NCBI GenBank assembly: GCA_043228905.1
Contig: JBHGNT010000016.1
Location: 15,624,001 to 15,688,000, forward strand
Source of the DNA: Azolla caroliniana
Taxonomy: Eukaryota > Plantae > Polypodiophyta
Direction: 5' to 3'
Length of the DNA: 64,000 bases
Shown here: piece after piece, positions 33,801 to 44,300 of the stretch
How the letters are laid out: every line of letters begins with the position of its first letter
Position numbering within the stretch: position 1 is the first letter of the stretch
Translations under genes and position numbers: made by a program
Notes under the pieces: model-generated
Databases searched by the model: none
What the model saw: only the letters and a program-made list of their open reading frames with translations
Told to the model about the DNA's origin: nothing

Positions 33801-36409
33801 CCTCTAGGACTTCAAATTCCTCAGGAACTATGGATCGGCAGTAAGCCGAATTACGACAAGCTGAGGATCTTCGGATGTGAGGCGTACGCCCTTATTCCGA
33901 AAGATGATCGCCGAAAACTTGCACCTCGGTCCAGGAAATGCATTTTCCTTGGATATGGATCAGACGGCGAAATGGGATACCGACTCTGGGACCCCGAACG
34001 CAGACAAATCGTTCGAAGTTCGGACGTTGTGTTCAACGAGTCGGCTATGAATCCATCAGTCGAAAAACCGATCGAAGTCCGAAGGGTAACATTTTCCGAT
34101 GTGCCGACCCTTCAAGAAGGCCCCGCTCTTAACACACGGTCAGCTTCACGGGTAGCTGAACCTTACACCACCGACTCGGACAACTTTGACTCGGCACAGC
34201 AGAATAATTCGCTTTCGGACCATCCGACCTCGATACCCGATGCGACCAGTCCAATCATACCTCGACGATCCGAGAGACTGTCGCAACCTCCGGAGAGGTA
34301 TTCTCCTGGAATTTTCTTCACCGACGCCGGCGAACCGATGTCTTACGAAGAAGCATCGACATCTGTCGATTCAGCCACCTGGCATCTGGCGATGGAGTCG
34401 GAAATGCACTCCATTCGGGCAAACAAGACTTGGGATCTGGTCGAACTACCTAAGAATCGACGTGCTCTTCCTTGCAAGTGGGTTTATCGACTAAAAGAGA
34501 CGTCTGATTCGACCACCCCAAAGTACAAGGCCAGATTAGTTGCGAAGGGCTTCCGACAAGAATATGGCGTCGACTTCGACGAGATTTTTTCACCAGTGGT
34601 GAAAATGACAACCCTTCGTTTTCTACTCGGCGTAGTGGCAGCCGACAACTTGGAGCTGATTCAGCTAGATGTCAAAACAGCCTTCCTCCATGGTGACCTT
34701 GAAGAGGAAATTTATATGGAGCAGCCAAAAGGCTTCGTGGCAACTGGCCAAGAACATCTAGTCTGCCGACTCAGGAAGAGTCTATACGGCCTCAAACAGG
34801 CACCGCGACAATGGTACAAGAAGTTCGACGACTTCATCCAATCGATCGGCTTCTCAAAAAGCGATGAGGACCATTGTCTTTTTACCAACACAGCTCAAGA
34901 TGGATCACCCATCTTCCTCATCATTTACGTGGACGACATGCTAATTTCTGGACGCCACGCGGGCGAACTTGCCGATCTCATTCGGCAACTGCGGTTGAAG
35001 TTTGCCATGAAGGACCTCGGTCCGGCACGACACATACTTGGCATGAAGATTAGTCGGCATCGCGATAAACGACATCTTTTTTTGTCTCAGACCGACTATA
35101 TCGGACGTGTCTTGGAACGCTTCAACATGCAATCAGCCAGATCTGCTTCAACCCCGCTCCCCATGAATCTTCGGCTCTCTCAGCGAGACTGCCCGACATC
35201 CGGTCCGGAGGGGGAAGATATGAAGTCGGTACCGTATGCACCGGCAGTCGGCTCCCTTATGTACCTGATGGTCGCGACACGGCCTGATATTTCTCATGCC
35301 GTAGGAGTCGTTAGCAGATTTATGCACAATCCTGGCCGATCGCATTGGAACGCAGTCAAGCATGTGTTCAAATATCTGGCTGGCACAAAAGACCACGGCA
35401 TTCTTTTCGGTCCGAACTCAACCTCAGGCGTAGTCGGTTACACCGACTCGGACTTCGCCGGCTGTATAGACAGTCGGAAATCAACAACTGGATACTGCTT
35501 CAAATTCGGCAATGGAGCAATTTCATGGAAGTCGAAACTTCAGGAGTGCACAACGACCTCAACGACCGAAGCAGAATATGTAGCTGCGTCCGACGCTGCA
35601 AAAGAAGCTTTGTGGCTCGGCCGGCTGGTGCACACGTTTCGGCAAGTCGACCATGACTCGGCTCCAGTTGTCTATAGCGACAGTCAAGGTGCTGTTGCCT
35701 TGTCGAGAAATCCGGTTCACCACAACGCCTCCAAACATATCGACGTTCGATATCACTTCGTTCGGGACTGCGTCATTTCAGGGAAAATCGGTCTAGAGAA
35801 AATATCCACAACCGACAATGTCGCAGATGGAATGACCAAGTGTCTTTCGGCAGACCGCTTTCGGTCCCTTCGGCATCAGATGGGCGTAACGACAAACCAG
35901 TCCGGTTAGAGCTGGACACAGCGCAGGATGGTTTCAGACAACCGACATCAGTTCCCTAATGATCGGCTTCAACTCTTCCGACCCGACCAGTCCGGTCTTC
36001 TGCCTTCGGACCCTGCCGACTCGAACAAAACTGATATGTCCGAGAACCTAGGTTTATACCTGTAATCTTAGATAACCCATGTATACGCCCATTACGGGGG
36101 AGTGTCGAATACAAGTGTATAATGGACGTATTCACACTATCCCTTTGTATAGCTCAAGTTTGGGCCATTTGTGTAATTAGCATAAATGGTAGTTGCCCTA
36201 AGCTTGTCACTATATAAAGTGACCTAGTAACCTTTTTGTAAGGTTGGTTGTATTATTGTTTCTATTGAATAGAAAGACTCTTTGTGCCTCCTCTCTCTCT
36301 CTCTCTCTATCTCTGTCGCTGTGCACGATCTTCGATTCTGTCATACGCAGGTATTCAACCCCAATCGAATGCTATCAGATCTTCCGCATTGACGGCCTTG
36401 TCTTCAACA
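30874..36409 (+). mobile_element. Full-length, very young Ty1/copia element; 307-bp LTRs 30874-31180 and 36103-36409; TSD ACGTG
   Basis: LTRs differ at one position by eye (tgtT/tgtC). PBS TGGTATCAGAGC at 31183-31194, PPT gggggag at 36096-36102, ACGTG on both sides. Confidence 0.97.
31878..35909 (+). CDS. Intact copia Gag-Pol polyprotein (gag, CCHC, PR, INT, RT, RNase H)
   Basis: Uninterrupted ~1343 aa: CNYCKKPGHIKADC, LDSGAS, HSDVCGP/TDNGGEF/AERMNRT, YVDD, YTDSD. Confidence 0.97.
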   Translation: MASTSGSSEMSLRKFDGSNFNFWKEQMQDYLIVKGQIDPIENEEPPEGYKPIEWQKLDRIVRATIRMHLSESVYFTVQSCTTAFELWKTLSDTYEKKAAATKMFLIRRLYNLQMKESDSVQAHLNEYESISSQISSQGTAIEDELRAMILMSSLPSSWETFVTTLCNASTTAVKYSEVTSAMLTEAARRKSFAKDSTDDAYVVQGSTDRSNIRGRDSSRQPNNQRRRSQSRDNRICNYCKKPGHIKADCRALKNKNDKSQKSDKKSGRHEEINYVSFSADVLPNDPNILSIENPVGSEVLLTTEESSTWLLDSGASFHVTPHRSQFRQYTIRHSDSVRVGNSQHCDIIGIGTVELNLAGGSTLVLHNVRHVPELSRPLISVGQLDEDGIRAGFSSGGWTLHRGNLLLARGPKIHSLYPLHVTLREGNLFLVDIPVSSLWHRRLGHLSKASITHLSRAGYIPKLSFMDHQFCEHCQYGKQAAASHPTSAPRETRPLDLVHSDVCGPMPHQSLGGASYFVSFIDDSTRKVWAYPIRTKDRVFSIFSDWLAMVENQTDRKLKCFRTDNGGEFKSEEFVKFCRQRGIRREFTAPHSPEQNGIAERMNRTIQERIVSMLQHSGLSDGFWAEALLTAVHIINMSPSRPLGLQIPQELWIGSKPNYDKLRIFGCEAYALIPKDDRRKLAPRSRKCIFLGYGSDGEMGYRLWDPERRQIVRSSDVVFNESAMNPSVEKPIEVRRVTFSDVPTLQEGPALNTRSASRVAEPYTTDSDNFDSAQQNNSLSDHPTSIPDATSPIIPRRSERLSQPPERYSPGIFFTDAGEPMSYEEASTSVDSATWHLAMESEMHSIRANKTWDLVELPKNRRALPCKWVYRLKETSDSTTPKYKARLVAKGFRQEYGVDFDEIFSPVVKMTTLRFLLGVVAADNLELIQLDVKTAFLHGDLEEEIYMEQPKGFVATGQEHLVCRLRKSLYGLKQAPRQWYKKFDDFIQSIGFSKSDEDHCLFTNTAQDGSPIFLIIYVDDMLISGRHAGELADLIRQLRLKFAMKDLGPARHILGMKISRHRDKRHLFLSQTDYIGRVLERFNMQSARSASTPLPMNLRLSQRDCPTSGPEGEDMKSVPYAPAVGSLMYLMVATRPDISHAVGVVSRFMHNPGRSHWNAVKHVFKYLAGTKDHGILFGPNSTSGVVGYTDSDFAGCIDSRKSTTGYCFKFGNGAISWKSKLQECTTTSTTEAEYVAASDAAKEALWLGRLVHTFRQVDHDSAPVVYSDSQGAVALSRNPVHHNASKHIDVRYHFVRDCVISGKIGLEKISTTDNVADGMTKCLSADRFRSLRHQMGVTTNQSG

Positions 36410-38461
36410 ACGTGAGACCGAGGGAGAAGGAAGGTGGCGGCGGGAAACGGGACCCGGCTATGCGGAAGACACGAGGAGAGTCCGGGAGGGACTCAAACAA
36501 AAGACACTTGAGTTTCGGCAAGCATAGAAACGGAGTCCGGTCCTATGGGACCCTCACACTGATCCGGAGACTCCGGCAGTTCGGCCAACGTGGCAACGTG
36601 AGACCGAGGGAGAAGGACGGTGGCGGCAGGGAACGGGACCCGACGACACGAGGTTTGGAAGAAGCCAGTAAGGGCAAACATGGAGAGGTGTGTCAGACCG
36701 GAAAGGCACACCTTGGGCAGAACAAGAGTCTCGCAAGTGGCCATCGCGGGCCGGATCGAAACGTGACTACGGGACGGTGTTCGGCGCGGGCGGGGCCGAA
36801 CGAAGGAAGCGGAAGACGGCACAAGGGAGGTGCCGAGAACGAAGTGACAAGTGCCTAGTGGACTGCACAGGGTCGGGATCAGGATGGCAAGAGAGGCCGG
36901 AGGAGGATCCTCCACACTCGCTTCGTAGATCTCGGTAGCTCTGTCGAAGTAACGAAGACTGACATGACAAGCCAGGGTGACAAGCTGGTGGGGGCGAGGG
37001 GACGACGGCAAGCGGAAGACTCAGGACCTGTTGCAGCAGCACGGAGACGGGAAGGGCCAAGCGGGCTACTACGGGGTGTTCCTCGGATGCAGAGGACACC
37101 GGTATGCGGGTGAGCGGCGATGCACGATCTGGCCGGAAAGGGGCCGACGAGGTGTGCAATAAACCGGAGTGCGACATAGGCAGTGCCAAACAACGGGCGA
37201 GGGTGCATGGCACACGGAGGTAACGAAGCGGAAAGGCGAGCGTGGAGAACGTCGGAAAGGGATCCTCCACACCGTTCCGGAGACCATGGCGGTTCGAGCC
37301 AACGTGACGATGTAAGACCATGGAGAAGGAAGGTGGCGGCGGAAGGACGAAGGCAACGCAAAACACCATCGGGACATCACGATTCGACAACGGAGGCCAA
37401 GCGGGCTGCCACGGGCATTCCTCAAGCGGAGGACATCGGGCATACGGTAGGAAGCGGGGCGTTCATACGACCGAACAAGCGCCAACGGAAGAACGCGTAC
37501 TACGGAGATCGCGGCAGAGGACCCATCGACGGGTCGAACGAGCCTACGGGGAGGCGAGCGCGAAGGAAGAATCGAACCCAACAGATCAAACCGGCAGCGA
37601 GCCGAGATGCGGATCACGGAAGACCGGTTTCTCACCGGCCGAAATCCCTCACCCTTCAACCGGACTTGGCGCATACCGGTGGATGTGCAGTTAGGTGGCG
37701 GCGGATGTCGTGAAGAATTTCGGCTATAGGCAAAAACCGGGAAACATTGGCTACATCGGCGGGGTGCAGCGTGTGTACGCACCCATGTACATTTAGTGTG
37801 AATATCGAGGGTGCCTTTATGGGAACGCCCTTTCCTTGTTCTATAAAAGGAAGGGAACGCCCTTTGTAAAAGGGTTGCCCATTTTGCATTAGAGGGTATA
37901 CCGTTAGATTTAGAGTTAGCTTCTTCGTCTTCTTCTCCTTCGTGTTCGCTTAGGGTTTGCTGCAGCTCATCTCCTGTGCAAGACCCCGCTCGGCGAGACG
38001 AGTGTTAATCGGCTAATTACTAACTACTACCGATACAGAAGAGTGAACGTCGCTACTCAACGTTCTAACAAGGAATTGTGTTTTACGAACGGAATTATAC
38101 TCTATTAATCGGTAATTACCGTGATCGTTACTTAGTTATAAATTAGGAAGCTTGCACTTAACAACATAGACAATAGAAAGAACACAGAATCCGTACAGGA
38201 TATTCCTAACTTAAACTTATATTACTAAATAAAACGACCTTTCTTACAATGCCTTCGGTTCCCTTTTATAGGTATACCGAAGGTCTTTTCTCATCAAGAA
38301 CTATTCCTACTTACTATCAAGAATTACAAAATTATCTAACTAACTTAGTTCTCTTCGTTTACTGCCGAGTCATTGATCCGAACAGTCGATCCGAACCGAC
38401 TCCGTTTTCGACGCTTTCCCACTTGTTCGGTAAAACTGACTGTCCGGGTCTGGGTAACACT

Positions 38462-38502
38462 TGGCACGTCCGTGGGCCAGGACCTTGTCCAGCGAACCCA
38501 CG
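38462..38502 (-). other. tRNA 3'-half mimic occupying the PPT position
   Basis: Sense strand reads CGTGGG-TTCG-ctggacaaggtcctgg-CCCACG-GACGTGCCA-AG, then the LTR TG. Confidence 0.65.
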
Positions 38503-38503
38503 C

Positions 38504-41163
38504 CTATTCCTGTAGCTCTTCATCCGAATCGTTCAGAATATCAAAAATCGAAGGCTCTTCTGGCCTTGGATGTATTCCCTCTATATCTTCGTCTTCATCT
38601 GTGTCACAGTCGTCATTCGGAGCAGGTTTTGAATGTTGTGATTCGGTTGGCTGCTCTGGTTCACTTCTTCCAGGAGTTTGAAGACCAGGAGTCTTGCTGG
38701 TTCTTTCAGCTTCAATTTTATCCAACTGAACAGAAGTGCCTATATCATGTTTGTCGAATTCTTGCATAATACGTTGAATTTCTTCTCTGTAAAATGCCGC
38801 AATTTCGTCTATATCTTTCATGATATCCTCTTGGATATTGTCAATATCCTTTTGTGCTATTTTAAAAAAACCTGCACCTTGGACTTGACGGTTATTTTTG
38901 TCGGCACGCAATAACTGTAATTCCGCCGCTTGTGCCGTCCATAACTTCCATCCTTGCGCAAGGGATTCATGGATCATTTCCTTTGCTAGGTTTCGATGTT
39001 TCCCTATGATGCGCTGCACTTTGTCCCTAATGATGCTTGCGACGAATTGAGCGGCTTGCAACTCTTTCTGTAAATCCGTAATAGTGGCTCGGTTTTCACT
39101 TTCAGCCCGCATTAGTTTGGATTCGACTACATATATGTCCAGCCGCCTTTGTTCCGATATCTTCCGAATTTCGTTTAGTTGTTGTTCGAATGCCGATTTC
39201 TCTTTGCTCCATTCCTCCTGGTGTTCCGTAATTCTTCTGTTGACTTCTTCAAGACTCCGCTCTTTTTCTGTCAATTGACTTTCCTGTGACACTATATACC
39301 TTTCGAATTCTTCAATTTGTTCGGTATATGTATGATTGGCCGTCTTAGCTTCTTCCAGATTTTTCTGTAATTCGTTTATTAATTGATTTTTTTCTTCGAG
39401 AACTTTGTATTGGCCATTCTGAATGGTTTCTATTTGTTTTTCTAATTCTGTAGTTCGAAATACAGCATTGTTGGCCCTTGTTGTTTTTGCTTGTCGTGCT
39501 TTCTCAGCATCCTCCAATTTCTGCTGCCATTCTGACTCCGACGCCATAAGCCGTGCCTGCGTTTCCCATTTGTTTAGACTTTCTTTTAGTTCTTTATTTT
39601 CTGCCTGTATGTTACAAAACTGATGTTTCAGCACCTCCGCCGATGCTGATACACTTTTGTATCTTTCAGCCATATCACTGGCTGCTTTGCGTGCCGTTTC
39701 ATATTCTTTATGAATTTCGACCAGTGCTTCATGTAATGGTGGCATTTCAATAGCCTCCCCTCTATTCTGTGCACTTCTTTTCCGGCCGATTTTCTCTATC
39801 TCTGCTTTTTCTTGAGGTTCCAACACTCCTCGTAAGGCTTTCTGTATCATTATTCGGTCATTATGTTCTTGAGCCAGCCGTTCTGATACTTCTGTCAATC
39901 TTTTAGCCAACCATTCAACCAGTTCGTATGAAGTTCCGAACTGTAAAATGGCAGCTAATTCATGTGCTGCTGGTGGAATATCCAAGTACCCATGTGCTTC
40001 CCGAATTGCTACTTTTGAAGATTGTCCTTGTTGAGGTTGTGTCGAAACGCTCTCATTCCCTGGTTTTATTACTTCTGCTACTACAGGCGTATTCGAATTT
40101 TCCTTTGTGCGTTGCCTTTTCGGTGCTGACCCATCACTGTTTTCTGGTTGGAATTGCCTATTAGCCTTTTGTTTAACCCTTGTCCTTTGTCGCATCTTCT
40201 CTGGTTGTTGTCGATTTTTTGTCGGCTGCTGCTTGTTTATCAAATTGTCAACTGTTTCTTGTTCGGCTGCTGGTTGCCTGTTTTCGGAATTCTCTGGTCT
40301 TGGTGGTTCCGACTGAGGCATATCCGTTTGTATATTATCGGCATGTGCCGATTCCTCCTCTATCCATTCTTCATGTACTACCTATCGGTGTCTTCGCAGT
40401 GTTTGTACTATCGGTGGTCTTCTTGACTGAACAGGAATTTCCGATTCTTGAATCGGAAACAATACCGATAGCCAACGACCAAAAATTTGCTTCATTGGTT
40501 TTCTTGTTTTCACCCCTTGTAGCTGCTCTCTCAGAGCTTCCCCCGACAATAGTGGCCAGTTGAAATCCTCCTTTTCGTATGCGGCTATGATAAACCCAGC
40601 CCTTTTTTCGGCATACAATAAAAACGGGGACTGACAAATCCCACCTCTAGTAAAAATCTAGCCACTTCATGGAAAAACTCATCCCGACCTCCATAAGTCT
40701 GATATGCTTTTGCCGAGGGTGAGTATTCCCCGAAATACGATTGGAGTGCTTCTGATGAAGGTTTTTTAACTGCCTCAAAGCCTCCTCTTGGCATCTGTAA
40801 TGCATTTCGTATTTTCTTTGTGGTGACCTTGGTGATGTCTAACTGTTGTACCAATTCTTCCGCCTGCGGATGAGGTTCCGCTTCTGCTACTTTGATGAAA
40901 CCTTGTAAGTTTCTCTCATGAAGCCATAGTCGCAGTTCTTCAGACACAGGAATCGGCATGACTTCTGTGTTTGCTTGTTCTGAATCACTTGTCGATGACA
41001 GTTGGAGATCTGCACAGCTTCTGTAGCGATGAAAATCAGAAAAACAGAGTTTGGGCGAACTAGGGCACGAAGGCTCAGACTGTTTCGATATCTGCACTCG
41101 TTTCTGTTGTTTTGGCGACACAGAAGATACAGAAATATGCTTTAAAGATATTAACTTATGCAT
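38504..41163 (-). pseudogene. Extra ORF3 (~885 aa when repaired): globular N-domain, low-complexity linker, long coiled coil, acidic tail
   Basis: Track ORFs of 192, 78 and 605 aa join after fixing a 1-bp loss in an A-run (~40605) and a TAG (~40382); both sites are intact in the second copy. Confidence 0.8.
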
Positions 41164-41363
41164 TATGACTAAAGAATAGTAATTGCTATTAATGTAGGAA
41201 TTAATTAGTATTAACTCTACGTGTAGTGGTTGTACTACTTACTAATAATCATGCAATTCCTCTTTCTATTTATAGTCGATTCAGACTGTTATAGCAAGAT
41301 TGTATTTCTGCATTTGACAAGAACTATTGAGTGAGTTAGTTAGTTAGCTTTTTTTTTTTTTTT

Positions 41364-44300
41364 TTACTCTTCCGTTTGAATAAACGGATTTACCGGCATA
41401 TCTCCCAAATACGGTTTAAGCCGGAATCCATTTACCCATTTCGGTAAAACCTCTCCGGTTAATGATCCCAGCTGATACGTACCATTTTTACTATTAATTA
41501 TCCATACTGGACCTGTCCATCTATACCGGAGTTTCCCAGGCATAAGTCCCATTCTCGTCTGGAATACCAATACCGGTTTCCCAATTTCGAATTGCTCTTC
41601 CGATTTCCTTCGATGTCGATTTACGAATGCCTTGATTTGTCTCTGCTTGTGTTCTAGCGCTGACATTGATTGAATCCGTTCTTCTTCTAATACTAATAAA
41701 GCCTCTTTGCGTATCTGCTTCGATTCTATTTCATTTAACTTATTCGTCGCTTGGATACGAAGTGTCGGAATTTGAAATTCGATCGGCATAACGGCTTCAA
41801 GTCCGAATGCCATTCGGAAAGGTGTTGATTTAATGGATGTTTTGTACGAAGTACGATATGCCCATAATGCACTATTTAACTTTTGATCCCAATCAGTACG
41901 ATTTTCATTCACTATCTTCTTTAAAATTGTTTGAATTGTTTTATTTGTCGATTCTGCCAATCCATTAGCTTGGGGATAGTAAGGCGTACTTTTCTTATGA
42001 ACTACGGCATAGTAATTGGTTAATTGGTTAATTAACTTGTTAATAAAATGAGTGCCTTGATTGCTTACCAATTCTATTGGGCAACCGAATCGACACCATA
42101 TATTTTCATACAGGAATTTTGCTGTGGATGCTGCTGTATTGTCCCTGAGAGCTTTTGCTTCAACCCATTTTGTGCAATAGTCAGTCGCAATTATGATATA
42201 TCGATTACCGGTTCTTGCAGCTGCTGGTTTGAATGGGCCAACAAAATCTAAGCCCCATTTCTGAAATGGCTCAAGAGGTAAAACCAGTTGAAAAGGCATT
42301 CGATCCTTTTCGGTCGGTTGCCCCATTCTTTGACACAAATCGCATTTCTTACAGTATTCGTTAGCATCTTTCATCACCGTTGGCCACCATAACCCGCTAT
42401 TCCATATTTTTCTGGCTGTTGCTTCTCCTGCGTAATGACCGCCAGCAATTCCACAATGTGACTCTGTTAATATGGCTGATTTTTCAAATTTCCGTACTGC
42501 CCTTCGCCATATTCCATCCGCTTCTTTATGATACAACATGTCATTAAATAAACAAAAATTCCGACTTCGTACTGCAATTCTTTTTCTTTCATCTGTCGAT
42601 ATGTGTTCGGCCGGAATTCCTGTTGATAGAAATATCGTCATTTCGGAAATCCATTCATCCTCTTTTTCCTCATTCACTTCTTGTGCTTTTATTGCCTCAA
42701 CCCGAAATAATTGAGTATCTGGAAAATCATCTTTAACCCCAACCGCTTCTTCTCCAGACTCAAGCCGACTGAGATAGTCAGCAATCGCGTGTTGTGCTCC
42801 TGGTCGATGTATAATGTCGAATTTCAAAATCTTGAAGCAATAACGTCCATCTAGCTAACTTGCCTGTCAATTCTTGTTTGGAAACTAGATACAGTAGAGC
42901 CGAATGATCCACATGAAATGTAAATTTCTTACCCAAAAGATAATGTTGAAATTTGTTCACACTATATATCATTCCCAAAGCTTCTCTTTCGGTTGTTGAA
43001 TAGTTTCTTTCGGCCGACGAAAGTTTCCTACTGGCATAGTATACCGGCCTATACCAGTTTGGTTCGGATAATTGCATTAAAGCACTGCCTATGGCAATGT
43101 CCGACGCATCGACGAAAACATGAAATGGTTTGTTCCAGTTCGGTGGTTGAACTACCGGAACCTTTGTCAGCATCTTCTTGAGACATTCGTATGCATCTTG
43201 TTCTATACTTATCCATATAAAAGGAACTTTGTATACTGCTGTGTGTAACGGAATAGCAATGTCTGCTAGATATCTCATCATTCTACTGTGCCACCGAATT
43301 TGACCCAAAAATCTACTTAGAGCTTTAGCATTTGTTGGTGGTGTTGCCTCAATAATTGCTTTAACTTTGTCTGGGTCCACTGCAATCCCTTCTTGACTGA
43401 CAATATGCCCAAGTAACGTACCACTCATTACTCCGAATGCGCATTTGGCTGGATTTAAGCTAAGACGCCCTTTTCGACATTTTTCTAAACATAGCCGTAA
43501 ATGCTCAAAATGATCAGCTTTCCGACTATATACCGCAAAATCATCTAAAAACACCTGCATGAAAGCTGGAATATATTCCCCGAATATTTCCTATATTACC
43601 CGCTGAAATGTAGCTGGAGCTGTTTTTAAACCGAACATCATTACTACTGCCACAAAGACACCCCATTCTGTGACGAAAGCTGTCTTTTCCTGATCTTCCG
43701 GATTCATCCGTACTTGGTTGTACCCACTGAACCCATCCAAGAAACTATAAATTTCATGTCCCGCTACTGCATCTAATATCCCATCTGTGAATGGCAACGG
43801 AAACGCATCCGTAATTGTCGATGCATTCAATTTTCTGTAATCCACACATACGCGAATTTTCCCATTCTTTTTCGGGACTACTACTATCGGACTCAGCCAT
43901 GTTGATTTTTTGACGGGTCGAATAAATCCTACTTTTAAGAGTTTATCGATTTCTTCTTTTACTTTGATAGCATAATTCGGATTCAACCTGTACCTGCGTT
44001 GTTGTACTGGCTTTGCATCTTTATGCAAATTGATTTGATGTTGACGAAAAGCGGGATCCAGACCTTTCATATCGTCAAACGACCATGCAAAAACATCTTT
44101 ATATTGTAATAGTAATGTTGTTAATGTCCGTTTGTCATTTTCCGCCAAATCTCTAGCAATCAAGACTGTTTTTCTTTCAGCATCCTCTACTCCTGCCAAA
44201 TCGATCTCCTCCAATGCTGAGGCTTGCACTCTCTGAGATACCTTTATTTCCTTATCTGTAGCTTCTTGTTGAATTCGTATTTCTTTCATTGTTTGCTCAT

